From the NCBI RefSeq assembly GCF_001194135.2, contig NC_069007.1:7011670-7074020 (forward strand): 62,351 bases of DNA, given 5' to 3'. Positions 1 to 12,110 of this stretch are shown here, in pieces. This stretch comes from Octopus bimaculoides. Its lineage: Eukaryota. The first letter of the stretch is position 1. Every line of letters begins with the position of its first letter. The translations under genes were made by a program, and so were the position numbers. The notes under the pieces were generated by a model. It worked only from the letters and a program-made list of their open reading frames with translations, was not told the DNA's origin and did not search any database.

Positions 1-41
<41 letters not shown>

Positions 42-2398
42 ACGGGCTTCTTTCAGTTTCTGTCTACCAAATCCACTCACGAGGTTTTGGTCGGCCCGAG
101 GCTATAGTAGAAGACACTTGCCCAAGGTGCCATGCAGTGGGACTGAACCCAGAACCATGTGGTTGGTAAGCAAGCTACTTACCACACAGCCACTCCTGCA
201 AAGTTACAATCTTTACAACTTAACAACCTGATATAATTATAATTACAATACAACATAGAGTTATTTACGTTCCCTACATTATACCTTTATCGTAACATGA
301 ATAATTTCTGCTTATATCCAGAATTGATAACAATCTGAACCTTACTTTTAATGTCTATGAATGGTTTTGCAATACACAGTTACCCCCTTCAACTATAGTC
401 TACAAGCCTAAATATACTTTAACTCAGACATGTACACATTAACCCTTGTTGTGTTGTTGTTGGCACTCCGTCGCTTACGACGTCGATGGTTCTAGTTGAT
501 CCGATCAATGGAACAGCCGGATCTTTTTTAAAACGGGGGCCACATTTTTCATTAACGAAACACTTTGAAACTTGGAACACTGGTAGAATGTGTCATAAAA
601 CATCTTTTTCTCTTAGTCTTCTTAAAAAAAAAAGAAATCCCTAAGTTATTCCATGTGAAAGTTGTCGTATTTCTGTAATTTCAACCAATCACTGACTTCC
701 ATTCAGCCGATATACATTAAGTGCCGACTACATAAACAAACGATTCTGAAACAATTCTATCGGTAATAGGGTTAGGGTAAAACAGCAAATTTAAAAAGAA
801 AAAAGCAAATAAAACGAAGAAAAAAAAAAGAAANNNNNNNNNNNNNNNNNNNNNNNNNNNNNNNNNNNNNNNNNNNNNNNNNNNNNNNNNNNNNNNNNNN
901 NNNNNNNNNNNNNNNNNNNNNNNNNNNNNNNNNNNNNNNNNNNNNNNNNNNNNNNNNNNNNNNNNNNNNNNNNNNNNNNNNNNNNNNNNNNNNNNNNNNN
1001 NNNNNNNNNNNNNNNNNNNNNNNNNNNNNNNNNNNNNNNNNNNNNNNNNNNNNNNNNNNNNNNNNNNNNNNNNNNNNNNNNNNNNNNNNNNNNNNNNNNN
1101 NNNNNNNNNNNNNNNNNNNNNNNNNNNNNNNNNNNNNNNNNNNNNNNNNNNNNNNNNNNNNNNNNNNNNNNNNNNNNNNNNNNNNNNNNNNNNNNNNNNN
1201 NNNNNNNNNNNNNNNNNNNNNNNNNNNNNNNNNNNNNNNNNNNNNNNNNNNNNNNNNNNNNNNNNNNNNNNNNNNNNNNNNNNNNNNNNNNNNNNNNNNN
1301 NNNNNNNNNNNNNNNNNNNNNNNNNNNNNNNNNNNNNNNNNNNNNNNNNNNNNNNNNNNNNNNNNNNNNNNNNNNNNNNNNNNNNNNNNNNNNNNNNNNN
1401 NNNNNNNNNNNNNNNNNNNNNNNNNNNNNNNNNNGGGAATCGAAACCGCGATCCTATGACCGCGATTCCGCTGCCCTAACCACTGTGCCATTGCCCCTCC
1501 ATTAACCCTTGTATTTTGGACTTTACTCGTAAGCTTGTACTGAGACCTACCCACAACGCGATAACACTTCATGACATTATTCTCGTATACGATTTAGCTA
1601 TGCATCTGAGTATGATAATATACTATCAGACTACTTTTCTATGATAGAACCCTTTACCCTTCAGTTTAGCATTTATATACTTTTCACCTAATCGCTTCTC
1701 CCTCTCCGACTCTTATGCAGATAATTACTTGTTGATTGGATGTGTATCTCTGATAAATACTAAATAAAACGCTACTCACATATCCATAAGTACTTCCCGA
1801 AGCCCATCCATTAGTAAGCACCCACTTGAATATTCATGCCTTAAATATTATTATACTTATATGTATTCTTATAATTATCTCTATTCTTGTTTTATTTTGT
1901 TCTTTTGTTTTACTGGTCTTGTAATTTATTGATAGTCCTAACGGACCTGAACAGCGCTATTGTTTTTAAATGTTATCTGACCAATTAGGTTGAAGAATTT
2001 ACTTTGATCTCACCCCACTACGCATAGGGGCATTGGGATTAGTTTTCGGCCAATAGATAACAAATATTAACATCGCACTAAGGTTTTACCCAGTCTTTCT
2101 TTCTTTCATTAATGTAGTTACGTATTAATTTTCCCCTAACGGGTTCAATTTAAGTTATTTCTGCCAACTCCTTTCATAATGCTATATCTATTAAATAGCA
2201 GTTAGCCTCTGACTTCTGACCCCTGTAGCATGGACTGTACCATTAAACCCACCACATAACATTCTACCTTCACTACTTCCCTCAGTATAATGGAAACCCA
2301 ATCTAAAACGCAGCCTACGGATATATCTGCTGAGAGTGACTTTATTTGCTTACCACAAGATGGAATATCATGGATTATAATAACACCTTAAAATGAAG

Positions 2399-2568
2399 GG
2401 TAATTTTGCAGATTAACACCTGCACGATCTTCACTAGGGCATTAGGGTGAGGGTTTTAGGGTTAGGGACGGAATTCCCTAACCATAACCCTAACCCTAAC
2501 CCTGACCCTAAAACCCTAACCCTAACACCCTAGTGAAAATCGTGTGGGTGTTAATCTGAAAAATTACC
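2399..2568. mobile_element. Foldback MITE with internal TTAGGG-like repeats and an 8-bp TSD (Merlin-like termini)
   Basis: Arms ggtaattttgcagattaacacc... and ...ggtgttaatctgaaaaattacc; AAATGAAG on both sides (2391-98, 2569-76). Confidence 0.75.
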
Positions 2569-2885
2569 AAATGAAGTTCTTACCTTTCCTTACCATCATG
2601 CAAGCATGTGTCCTTCATTTCCAGTCTCCTATGACAAATCTGTTTGGCCATGGGGAGATATTACTTTACTTGGAAACAGGTGAGGGTTGGAAACAGCAAG
2701 AGCATCCAGCCATAGAAAATCCACCTCAACAAATTCCATCCGACCTATGCAAGCATGGAAAAGTGGACGTTAGACACTACTGCTGTGGACGATGATGATG
2801 TTCTGTTTTAGCTCCTATATATTCACCAGGTTTTTTTGGGTTTTTTTAAAATTCATTGTATGTTTCCACTTCCTTTATTCCATAG

Positions 2886-3026
2886 ATGGGAGAAAGCAGA
2901 AACAGAAGCTGTCTTGTTGACCAATTTACAAAAAGAACTTTCACGGCTGGACGACCTTCTTACTGCTGATGTGTCCATCATTCGAGACAAAATCGAAACT
3001 TCCAGCTTGGAGTACCTTGAAGCCCA
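2886..3026 (+). CDS. GORAB: GORAB (RAB6-interacting golgin / SCYL1BP1) penultimate coding exon; earlier exons lie outside the window or in the 834-1434 gap
   Basis: Acceptor catAG at 2884-85 and donor ca|GTatgt at 3027; phase 2 in and out. Encodes WEKAETEAVLLTNLQKELSRLDDLLTADVSIIRDKIETSSLEYLEAQ, matching the remembered GORAB coiled coil ([33 protein letters not shown]). Confidence 0.88.
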
Positions 3027-3177
3027 GTATGTAGAAAAATATATATATATATATATCCATATCTATTATGTTTCCTTCATTTTCCCTACCTCTAAATTGA
3101 TATGCACTGTATCCCCATCTCTAAATTGTGTGTTTTTATTCTCTCTGTCTCACATTCACCTTCTAGCTTGAGGGTAT

Positions 3178-3223
<46 letters not shown>

Positions 3224-3250
3224 ATATTCACCTTCTAGCTTGAGGGCATG

Positions 3251-3290
<40 letters not shown>

Positions 3291-4492
3291 AAAAGGATTA
3301 GTCATTCCTGTACTTCAAAGTTTCGCTCTTAACGTAAGACGCACGCAATATTGCGTGCTTCTTATGACATTAACAGTTTTTAACTCTTATTTCATGCAAC
3401 AGAGGTGCTTTGGCACCTTCGCTCACAATTAATGATGATAGAATTTTACCTTTATGGCATTATGTTACACCTGGCTGTTTATATTAATTTGCGTGTGCGT
3501 TTATGTGTTGATGGAAGGAGAGAAAAAGATACACACACATCTCTCCTGTTTTAATTCACCTCTCTTGAAATATATCATCATCATCATCATCGTCATCATT
3601 TGATGTCCATTGTCCATGCTGGTATGGGTTGGATGGTTTGACAAGGGCTGGTAAGCTGAGAGGCTGATTTGGCATGGTTTCTACGGCTGGATGCCCTTCC
3701 GAATGTTAACCACTCCAAGAGTGTAATGGGTGCCTTTTACGTGCCACGGGCATGGGTGCCAGTTGCGTGACACCTGTATGTGCCATGACTATGATTTCAC
3801 TTGGCAAGCTTTGTCCATTTTCCCATCTGCCAGGATCAGTCACAAGACAATGAAATCCGCAGGGCCTGAGGCCATAGTAGAAAACATTTGCACAAGATGC
3901 CATGCAGTGGGACTGAACCCAGTAGCATGAAGTTGAAAAGCAAACCTCTAAACCACACATCCATGCCTAGACCTCTATACACACACACACACACACACAC
4001 ATACATACACACACACAAGCTATTTCCTCCATACAACTCTTAAACCCTCCAAATAAGTCCTTATATGGTGTGTAGGATTGAGTGAAACATTGAAGAACAT
4101 GGAAAATAAAATGGCTTTATTTTGTATCACCTTTCTTTCTTTCTTTCTTTTTATTTCTTTCTTTCTTCATCTTTCTTCTTCCTGTCTTCTTCTTTGTATC
4201 CTCTTCCTCTTCCTCTTTTACTTTCCCTTCTTACTGCTCTTCTCTCCCTCCTCCCCTTCCTCTTTTTCTCTTTATTCTTCCTATTTCTTTCTCTTCCCCT
4301 CTTTTATCTTCCTCCCATTATTTTTCCTCTTCTTTCTCCTCCCCCTTTTATCTTCTTCTTCCCCTTCTTCTTCCCCTTCTTCTTCTTCTTCTTCTTCTTC
4401 TTCTTCTTCTTCTTCCCTACTCTTCTTTCTCTTCCCCTCCTTTGTCTCCCCTTCCTGCTACCATCTTTCTAACCCTTCTTCTGTCTTTCCAG

Positions 4493-5408
4493 GAAGCGTT
4501 ACGAGAAAGCCGAGAAGGAATTCATCAAATGCAAACTGGAGATGTTCCGCAAGGCAGAACTGAAAGAACAACTCACCGAACATTTGTACACAATAATTTA
4601 CCAGAACGAGATGAGGAAAGCGCAGAAGCTGACTGAACTGATGGAGAAGTTAAAGATTTGTCCAATGTCGGATGAGGTGGAATGTATTCTTCCTCCAATG
4701 CCACCAGTTCCTATGTATAACCCTGTTAACACGATACACTCCCCCTACAAAGACATTTCCACCACCACTGCCAACACCACCACCACAACCACCGACACCA
4801 CCACAACCACTAACACCACCACAACCACAACCACCAACACCACTACTTCTAGTGTTACTCCTTCTAATGCTAGCAGTACAGATAAAGAGCCAGTAATAGC
4901 TACTGACGTCTGTCCCGAGAAAGAGACCCCTTTGACCACGCCCACAGCCACAACACCGTCACAGTCTGAGGACAGCCACACTGCTGAAACGTGTGCCAAC
5001 GCTTGTCCCTCTGAAGGAACGGAGTCAGCCCCAGAAAGCTCGGAAAACCCCAGTGGAGATCTGCTTACCGAAACACTGTCTGAGTCGTCGCGAGTGGGAT
5101 CAGGGGACGACGTGACCCTTACTGTCTCCAGCCCTGTCGAAAATAACACCAGTAACATCATTAGTGGCGGAAATAATAATAATAATAGTAGCCTTAGTAG
5201 TAATAATAATAGTAGTACTGTTAACAATAGTGATAGCAGTAGTAGTAGTAATAATAATAATATTAATGATAATAATAATAATCCTGACAACAACAACAAC
5301 AATAGTAATAATAATAATGTAACAGTCCCTGCCTCAGCAATGCAACACAAGAGTGCCAATGCAAAGGGAGATAATCATAACGAGGGGGAGGGAACTGGTG
5401 ATAGTTGA
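4493..5408 (+). CDS. GORAB: GORAB terminal coding exon
   Basis: Long pyrimidine tract and ccAG at 4491-92; phase matches the previous exon (ca+g = Gln). Encodes [53 protein letters not shown], versus remembered [51 protein letters not shown] low-complexity tail follows; TGA at 5406-5408. Confidence 0.9.
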
Positions 5409-6846
5409 GATTGTAGGAGAACCAGACTAAAAGCCTTACCATACTTTTTTTTTTTGATCTCTTTCGGTATTTTTTTCTCCTTCTGGGAGTTCAAATCTCA
5501 TTCATCCATACAAGGTCAAAGTCATCTGTACCAGGGGTTTCTCATTTTTTATAAATATGTTTTTTTTCCTGTGTAGTCTATTATAATTCTGCCACTTGAT
5601 CAATCAACCTGTACTCAGTTGTACTTTTGAGACACATAAACACTATTCATTGTGATAATGATGAGGCATTTGATAGATTTACAAGCACTGGGTATTGTGC
5701 TTAAATAAGGTGGTACTGCTGATAATGATAATAATAATAATAATAGGGGTTTGAATAATTCACCTTTGGAAACATGGGTGTTTTGCTCAACATCCTTAAA
5801 TAACTCTAATTCAGGAACCTTTTGAACGGAATGGGCTACTCGACCTGAAGAAAATTCTAACCGGGCCCCATCTGCAAGGTCATGCGCTGTTTATCTTGAT
5901 ATAAGATCACCATGTCGCGCACATATGGTTGTGATGCATGTGCCTGGTGTACCCTTATCAGACGGGTAGTCATGATGGGTATACTGGGCTTCGTATATTT
6001 GTACCCTATTGTCAGTTTGATGGCATGCACTGCTCTCTCACTCAATAATAGCAATTTCAAATTTTGGCACAGGGCCAATAGTTTTTTTTTTTTTTAAGAA
6101 AGAAGAAATCAATTATATTGGTCCCAGTACTTGACTGGTACTTATCCATCCCAAGAGGATGGAAAACAAAATCAACCTCAGTGGAATTTGAGCTCAGAAC
6201 ACAAAGAACGGAAGAAATGGCACTGAGCTAATGATTTTGTCACCTTGATGGTAGTGATGATGATGATGATGATGATGGTGATAAATCTTTCTAATTTTGG
6301 CACAAAGCCTGAACTTTTGGACGGGAGAGGGCTTAGTTGATTCCATTGATATGCATCACCCCCACCCCCAGTCCTCGACTGGTATATATTTATTTTATCC
6401 ACCACAAAAACATAAAAGACAAGGTCAACCTCAGTGGAATTTGAACTCAGTATGACTAGAAGTGCTACTAAGCATTTTGTTCGGCATTTAACGTCCATTT
6501 TCCATGCTGGCATGGGTTGGACGGCATGTCAGGAACTGGTAAGGTCAAGATGGGTATACTGGGCTTTGTATATTTTACCCCAGTGTCACTTTGATGGCAT
6601 GCACTGCTCTCTCACTCTATAATAACAATAATATCCTTTCTGCTAAAGGCACAAGGCCTGAAATTTGGTGGGAGGAGGTAAGTCAATTACATCGACCCCA
6701 GTATGCAACTGGTACTTAATTTATCAACCCTGAAAGCATGGAAGGCAAAGTCAACCTTGGCGGAATTTGAACTCAGAACATAAAGACAGACAAAATACTG
6801 CTCAGCATTTCACCTGGCATGCTAATGATTCTGCCAGCTCGCCACC

Positions 6847-6881
<35 letters not shown>

Positions 6882-7796
6882 CCTTTCTACTATAGGCGTA
6901 AAACCTGAAATTTTGAGGGGAGGGGTACATGATTACATCAACCCCAGTGCTCAAACTGGTACTTTCTGAAAGGATGAAAGACAAAGTCAACCTTGATGGA
7001 ATATTAACTTGGAACATAATGCTCAAAGAAATACTGCGAAGCATTTTACTGAGTTTGGTAATAATTCTATTACAGACAAGACAAGGCCCAAAATTTGAAA
7101 GAGGTGGTGGGAATTAGTTAATTAAAATCTACTTTAGTATTTGACTTGCTCTTTATTTCATCAACTTCTAACCCCTAAAGCCCTTTCTGTTCAGAGTCAA
7201 CTTCATCTTTTTTCCTTCGGGGTTGATACGATAAAGTACCAGTCAAGTATTAGGGTCAGTTTAAAATTCCTATGGAACAGAAAATAACCCCCAAAATTTG
7301 TGAGGGAAACTTCTTGGACCACCAATTATAAATTAATTTTTAATTACTTAATGTAACTCAGTAAGACATTAAACTTACTGGGTCCATGGAAACTTTTGTA
7401 AGGACCGTGTTATGAGATAATGTTAAGGCTAAGACTGACTTTACCTTTTATCTTTCAGGGGTCAATGAAATAAAGTATCTGATATACTATGGGGTGCATT
7501 TAATATTTCTATGAAACGTCCTTAACACATAAAACGTGACGGGCCACAATCATGGCCGTCAGGCACAGGTTGACAGGCCATGATCATGGTCCAGATAGAT
7601 ACATTTAATTTATGGGCGTTTGTTGGGGGTCTAATGTCACTCAAACGATCTGATACCCCCCAGAATGCAAGAAGATTAATAGTTCAACTAATGACTTTTC
7701 AGATAATATAAAACTTGCCACCATTAGATACTAAGAAGATATTTTAACTATTTTTTGTTTTTTATGTGTGTATGGTAGTTTTTTTATGGTGTGTAT

Positions 7797-8207
7797 GAGA
7801 CGTGAAGAACAACAGTTAAGTCAAATAAGCAAATACAATCATTCATCAACAGGTGCTTGCGTAGTATACTTAAAATCAGATGGCCCGAACACATAAGCAA
7901 TATGGAGCTATGGCAAAGAACGAATCAAGTCTCGATTAGGGAGCAAATATTTAAGAAAAAGTGGAAGTGGATTGGTAGCACAATTAGAAAGGACACACCA
8001 AATGTAGCGAAAAGTGCTTTACAGTGGAATCCGGATGAATATAGAAAGAGGGGTAGGCCTAAGAACTCATGGCGTAGATCAACACAAAAGGAACTAGAGA
8101 AAGGGGGACATTCATGGCAGAGTATAAGTACAGAAGCGAGAAATTATGCGACATGGAATTCAATTATAAGTGGCTTATACTCCGCGTTGGAGGGTTAAAG
8201 GCAAGAA
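7797..8207 (+). mobile_element. 5'-truncated RTE-clade LINE, 3' end of the ORF
   Basis: RCLRSILKIRWPEHISNMELWQRTNQ...KWKWIGSTIRK...ALQWNP...KRGRPKNSWRRS, a typical RTE C-terminus. Confidence 0.85.
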
Positions 8208-10084
8208 AAAGATGGTAGTCTCATTTTCATAAAATGTGCTCAGCAGTCCATGCTGTGTAAGTGCAAATCCCAGCACTGTATGGGTTAATGTGAATGGAAT
8301 TATGATAGATGACTGAAATTAATGTTACTTTTCATCCAACTGGGTTGATAATATAACACCAGTTGAATAACATGGATTGATTTAACTCGTTAGCATTTAA
8401 ATTGGCTTTATCCTGTGAAATGCATTTAAGATTTCTCTAAAAAGAAGGGTGGTGAGCTGGTAGAATCATTAGCATGCTGTGCGAAATGTTTGGTGGCATT
8501 TCGTCTGTCTTTATGTTCTGAGTTCAAATTCCACTGAGGTCTTTATCTTTCATCCTTTCAGGGTTGCTAAAATAAGGACCAGTTGATCACTGGGGCCGGT
8601 GTATTTGACTTAACCCTCAGCTCCCTGAAATTTCTTGCCTTGTGCCAAAATCTGAAACCAATATTTTTCTTAAAGGCAGCGAGGTGGCAGAATTGTTAGC
8701 ATACCAGGAAAAATGCTTAGCAACATTTTTTTTCCATCTTATGTTCTGAGTTCAAATTCTACCAAGGTCAACTTTGCCTTTCATCCTTTCAGGGTCAATA
8801 AGTATGAGTTGAGTGCTGGGGTTGGTGTAATCATCTTACCCACCTCCCCCAAAATTGCTGGGTTTGTACCAAATTGTGAAACCACTCTGCTTTTCATTTT
8901 TCTGATAGCGGTAATGATGAAGTAAAATACTGAGGTAGATATTCATATAAAACATCCTCGAATGAATTGAATTATAATAGAAGTCTGTGACTAACTTTGT
9001 CTTTTGTTATTCTGGGTTTGATAAAATAGGTACCAGTGAAACACTTGACTAGCATTTTATATCAACTGACCCCAGGAGGGTTGAAAAGCAAAGTTGATCT
9101 TGGTGCGATTTGAACTCAGAACATTGACCCTAAAAGGGTGAAAGTCAAAATCAACCTCAGAAGAGTTGCTGCCAAGCATTTTGTCTAGAATGGTAATGAT
9201 TCTACCAGTTCACCCACCTTATAAAAATCTTAATAATAATAATAATAATAATAATCCTTTCTGCTAAATGCACAAGGCCTGAAATTTGTGGGGAGGGAAC
9301 TAGTCAATTACATCGACCCCAGTGTTCAATAAGTATATATTTTATCAACCCTGAAGGGCTGAAAAGCAAAGTTAAGGTCAGAAATTTGAACTCAGAATAA
9401 TAATCCTTTCTATTATAGGCACAAGGCCTGAAATTTGGTGGGAGCGGGTTAAGTCGATTACATTGACCTCAGTGTTTTACAGGTACTTAATTTATTGACC
9501 CTCAAAGGGTGAAAGGCAAAGTTGACCTTGGCAGAATTTGAACTCAGAGCATAGTGGCAGACGAAATACTGCTAAGCATTTTGCCTGGCATGCTAATGAT
9601 TCTGCCAGCTCGCCACCTTATAATAATAACAACAATAATAATAATAATAATAATAACAACAATAGTAATAATAATAATAATAACAACAATAGTAATAATA
9701 ATGCCCAGCTGACAACAAGGTATGCGATAAGGAAGAAAGAAAAGTCGATAGATGTGACAGGTTAGGTTGGGAGGTTAAGCAGTTGTGGTCACTGAAAAAG
9801 ATGATAGTCTTCTTCTTCTTCTTGTACCCTTTTAAAGCCTAGCCAGGCTCATGGACCCAATTTCCTGGTTTCAATGGCGTATGTGTTCCCCAGCTGGACG
9901 GGACGCCAGTCCATCGCAGCGTTACTCATTTTTGCCAGCTGAGTGGACTGGAGCAATGTGAAATGAAGTGTTTTGCTCAAGAACACTACTCGTTGCCCGG
10001 TCCAGGAATTGAAACCACAATCTTACGATCATGGTGCTGACACCTTAACCACTAAGCCACATGCCTCCACAAAAAGGTGATAGT

Positions 10085-10290
10085 AGTACCAATAATTGTC
10101 GGAGCCCTGGGAACTGTGAATAAGAATTTTGAGAAGTACATGGAACAAATAGGGGCTGCGCTTGAATACTCTGGAAAGTGCTAAAAAAATAAGGGTTGTT
10201 ACCTTAGTTCACTGGTAGGGAACAGCTAGCACCGTAGTACATCTCCAGCGTTAGAAGCTGTGCAAAGACAATAAAATAATAATAGTAATC
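10085..10290 (+). mobile_element. 3' end of a restriction-like-endonuclease non-LTR element (R4/Dong/NeSL-like) with an (AAT)n-type tail
   Basis: Translates VPIIVGALGTVNKNFEKYMEQIG, resembling the IVxGALGT motif at the RLE C-terminus, followed by a short 3' UTR. Confidence 0.5.
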
Positions 10291-10834
10291 ATAATCCTTT
10301 CTACTGTAGGCACAAGGCCTGAAATTTTGGGGGAGGGGGCTAGTTAATTACATCAACTCCAGTGCGTAACTGGTACTTATTTCATCAGTCCTGAAAGGTA
10401 AAGTTGACTGGCAGAATTTGAGCTCGACATAAAATTATTTTATTTATTTATTTATTTTTTTTTAATTTTGCTACAAGGGCCCATTTATACAAAAGAAGAC
10501 ATGTTACAAAAAGGGGTTACCAAAATATGTGAGTTTCTACACAGAATAGTTATGTAAAAAGAAAGGGAATAAAACAAAGACAGTTTTGTTATATACTGGG
10601 ACATAGCTTTTATTTTGAACTTGTTTCAGTCATTGGACTGTGGCCATGCTGGAGCACCATCTTGAAGGGTTTTAGTTGAACAGCTTGGCCTTTGTACTTT
10701 TTGTTTTTAAAGTCTGGTACTTATTTTATTGGTGTCTTTTTGCTGAATCACTAAATTACAGGGACATAAACAAACCAATACCAGTTGTCAAGCAGTGGTG
10801 GGGAAAAAACGCAGACATAAAGACACAAACATTG

Positions 10835-10865
<31 letters not shown>

Positions 10866-11016
10866 GCTTAATGTTGGATGAATGAGAATAGAGTGCTCAA
10901 TACCTGTAAAAGATATAGTTTTTTTATTAAAACTAAAGCTAAGAGTTTGTTTCACGATTTGAGTTTCACATCACTGCAATTGCCTGAGGATCACAGTGGC
11001 ATGAAATTTATTGCAA

Positions 11017-11055
<39 letters not shown>

Positions 11056-11159
11056 TATATACATACATACATACAAACACACATACACATGCATGTGTCT
11101 GTACATATATATGTATTTATAGATACACATCCATGTGTGTGTGTGTATATATATATATA

Positions 11160-12110
11160 TAGGGTGCGGTGAATAAATTGTTGTCCAAATTACACAAAAC
11201 ACTGACATCTCATTTTAACAGATATATTTACCAAAATTACATGAAAATATCTTGAAATACTAAAGAGTAAATTTATTCAATAAAATCACTATTTTAATAC
11301 TAAAGAGTAAATTTATTCAATAAAATCACTATTTTAATACTAAAGAGTAAATTTATTCAATAAAATCACCACAGCCTCCAGACGACTTCAGAATCTCCTG
11401 TAATTCTTCTGGACGGTCTCTTTGTTTAAGTCGGTGAATGCTGTCATAATCCTTGCCTCCAGTTCATCTTTGGTGTTACAAGCAGTTTTGTTGGTCTCTC
11501 GCTCAACTGCGTACGTCATATAATAATCAAGGTAGTTGCAGTGTGGGGAGTTAGGTGGCCAGATGTTAGGGGTGATGTGGTTGCAGAAATTGTCTGACAG
11601 CCATGACTGGGTTCTCCTGCTTGTGTGGCATGGTGCAGAGTCCTGTTGCCAGACAGAGGGTCTTCCAGCAGCCACCCTCTTGACCCAGGGCAGCACTACC
11701 TCCTCCAGGCACTTGATGTAGGCCTCCGTGTTGAGTCTGAGGCCGTATGGGAAGATGAATGAAGGCATAATGTTGACTGGATGTTTGATTTTTATCACTC
11801 TCGGTACGTGTTTTGGGGACATGGCAACCTATCGGTTCTGTGAGTTCACCATCTGATCCTGGCAGAAATTATTCTCGTCTGAGAAAAACCAAAGCATGTT
11901 CGGTTGGAGGGGATGCTTGAGTTTATTCAAAAGCTTCGTAGCACAGTCTTTCCTCTTGTCCTTGATGGTTCAGGATAAAAACTGGCCCTTTCTAATCTTG
12001 TATGAGGAATACCAAATGTCTTCATGCCCAACCTGCCTGATATGAAACTCAGACACTTCCATGTCCCTAGTAATGGACCCGATTGACTTGGAGGGATCGT
12101 TGTCAAACAA
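11160..12110 (-). mobile_element. Degenerate Tc1/mariner transposon, maT (DD37D) family
   Basis: ORF 11388-11822: WQQDSAPCH...WPPNSPHCNYLDYY with 37 residues between the second and third catalytic Asp; upstream fragment with disrupted frames; TA-flanked terminus near 11160. Confidence 0.8.
11256..11369. repeat. 40-bp unit, about 2.85 copies
   Basis: aatactaaagagtaaatttattcaataaaatcactatttt starting at 11256, 11296 and 11336. Confidence 0.95.

Larger units (their letters stand above)
6100..10430. mobile_element. Dense cluster of tRNA-headed SINEs (family with head GGCGAGCTGGCAGAA and box B GAGTTCAAATTCC), mostly on the minus strand, joined by (TAA)n
   Basis: Repeated unit taatcctttc..ggcacaaggcctgaaattt...gaatttgaactcagaac...ctgccagctcgccacctta at about 6620, 6880, 9240, 9400 and 10290; plus-strand copies at about 8450 and 8680. 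Confidence 0.8.

Noticed and set aside
1570-2390. About 800 bp of non-repetitive sequence in a GORAB intron, checked as a possible exon, NUMT or viral insert
   Set aside because: The frames I tried hit stops quickly and gave no recognisable motif; it needs a BLAST search.
2440-2530. Head-to-head TTAGGG/CCCTAA arrays suggesting a telomere fusion site
   Set aside because: They are enclosed by TIRs and an 8-bp TSD, and a second copy exists, so this is a transposon.
4078-4563. Hydrophobic F/L/S-rich ORFs that look like membrane proteins
   Set aside because: They are translations of the (CTT)n polypyrimidine tract in a GORAB intron.
7383-7394. Partial X-box-like CCATGGAAAC sites (also near 40272)
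   Set aside because: They lack the GTT half-site and lie in repeat-derived sequence.
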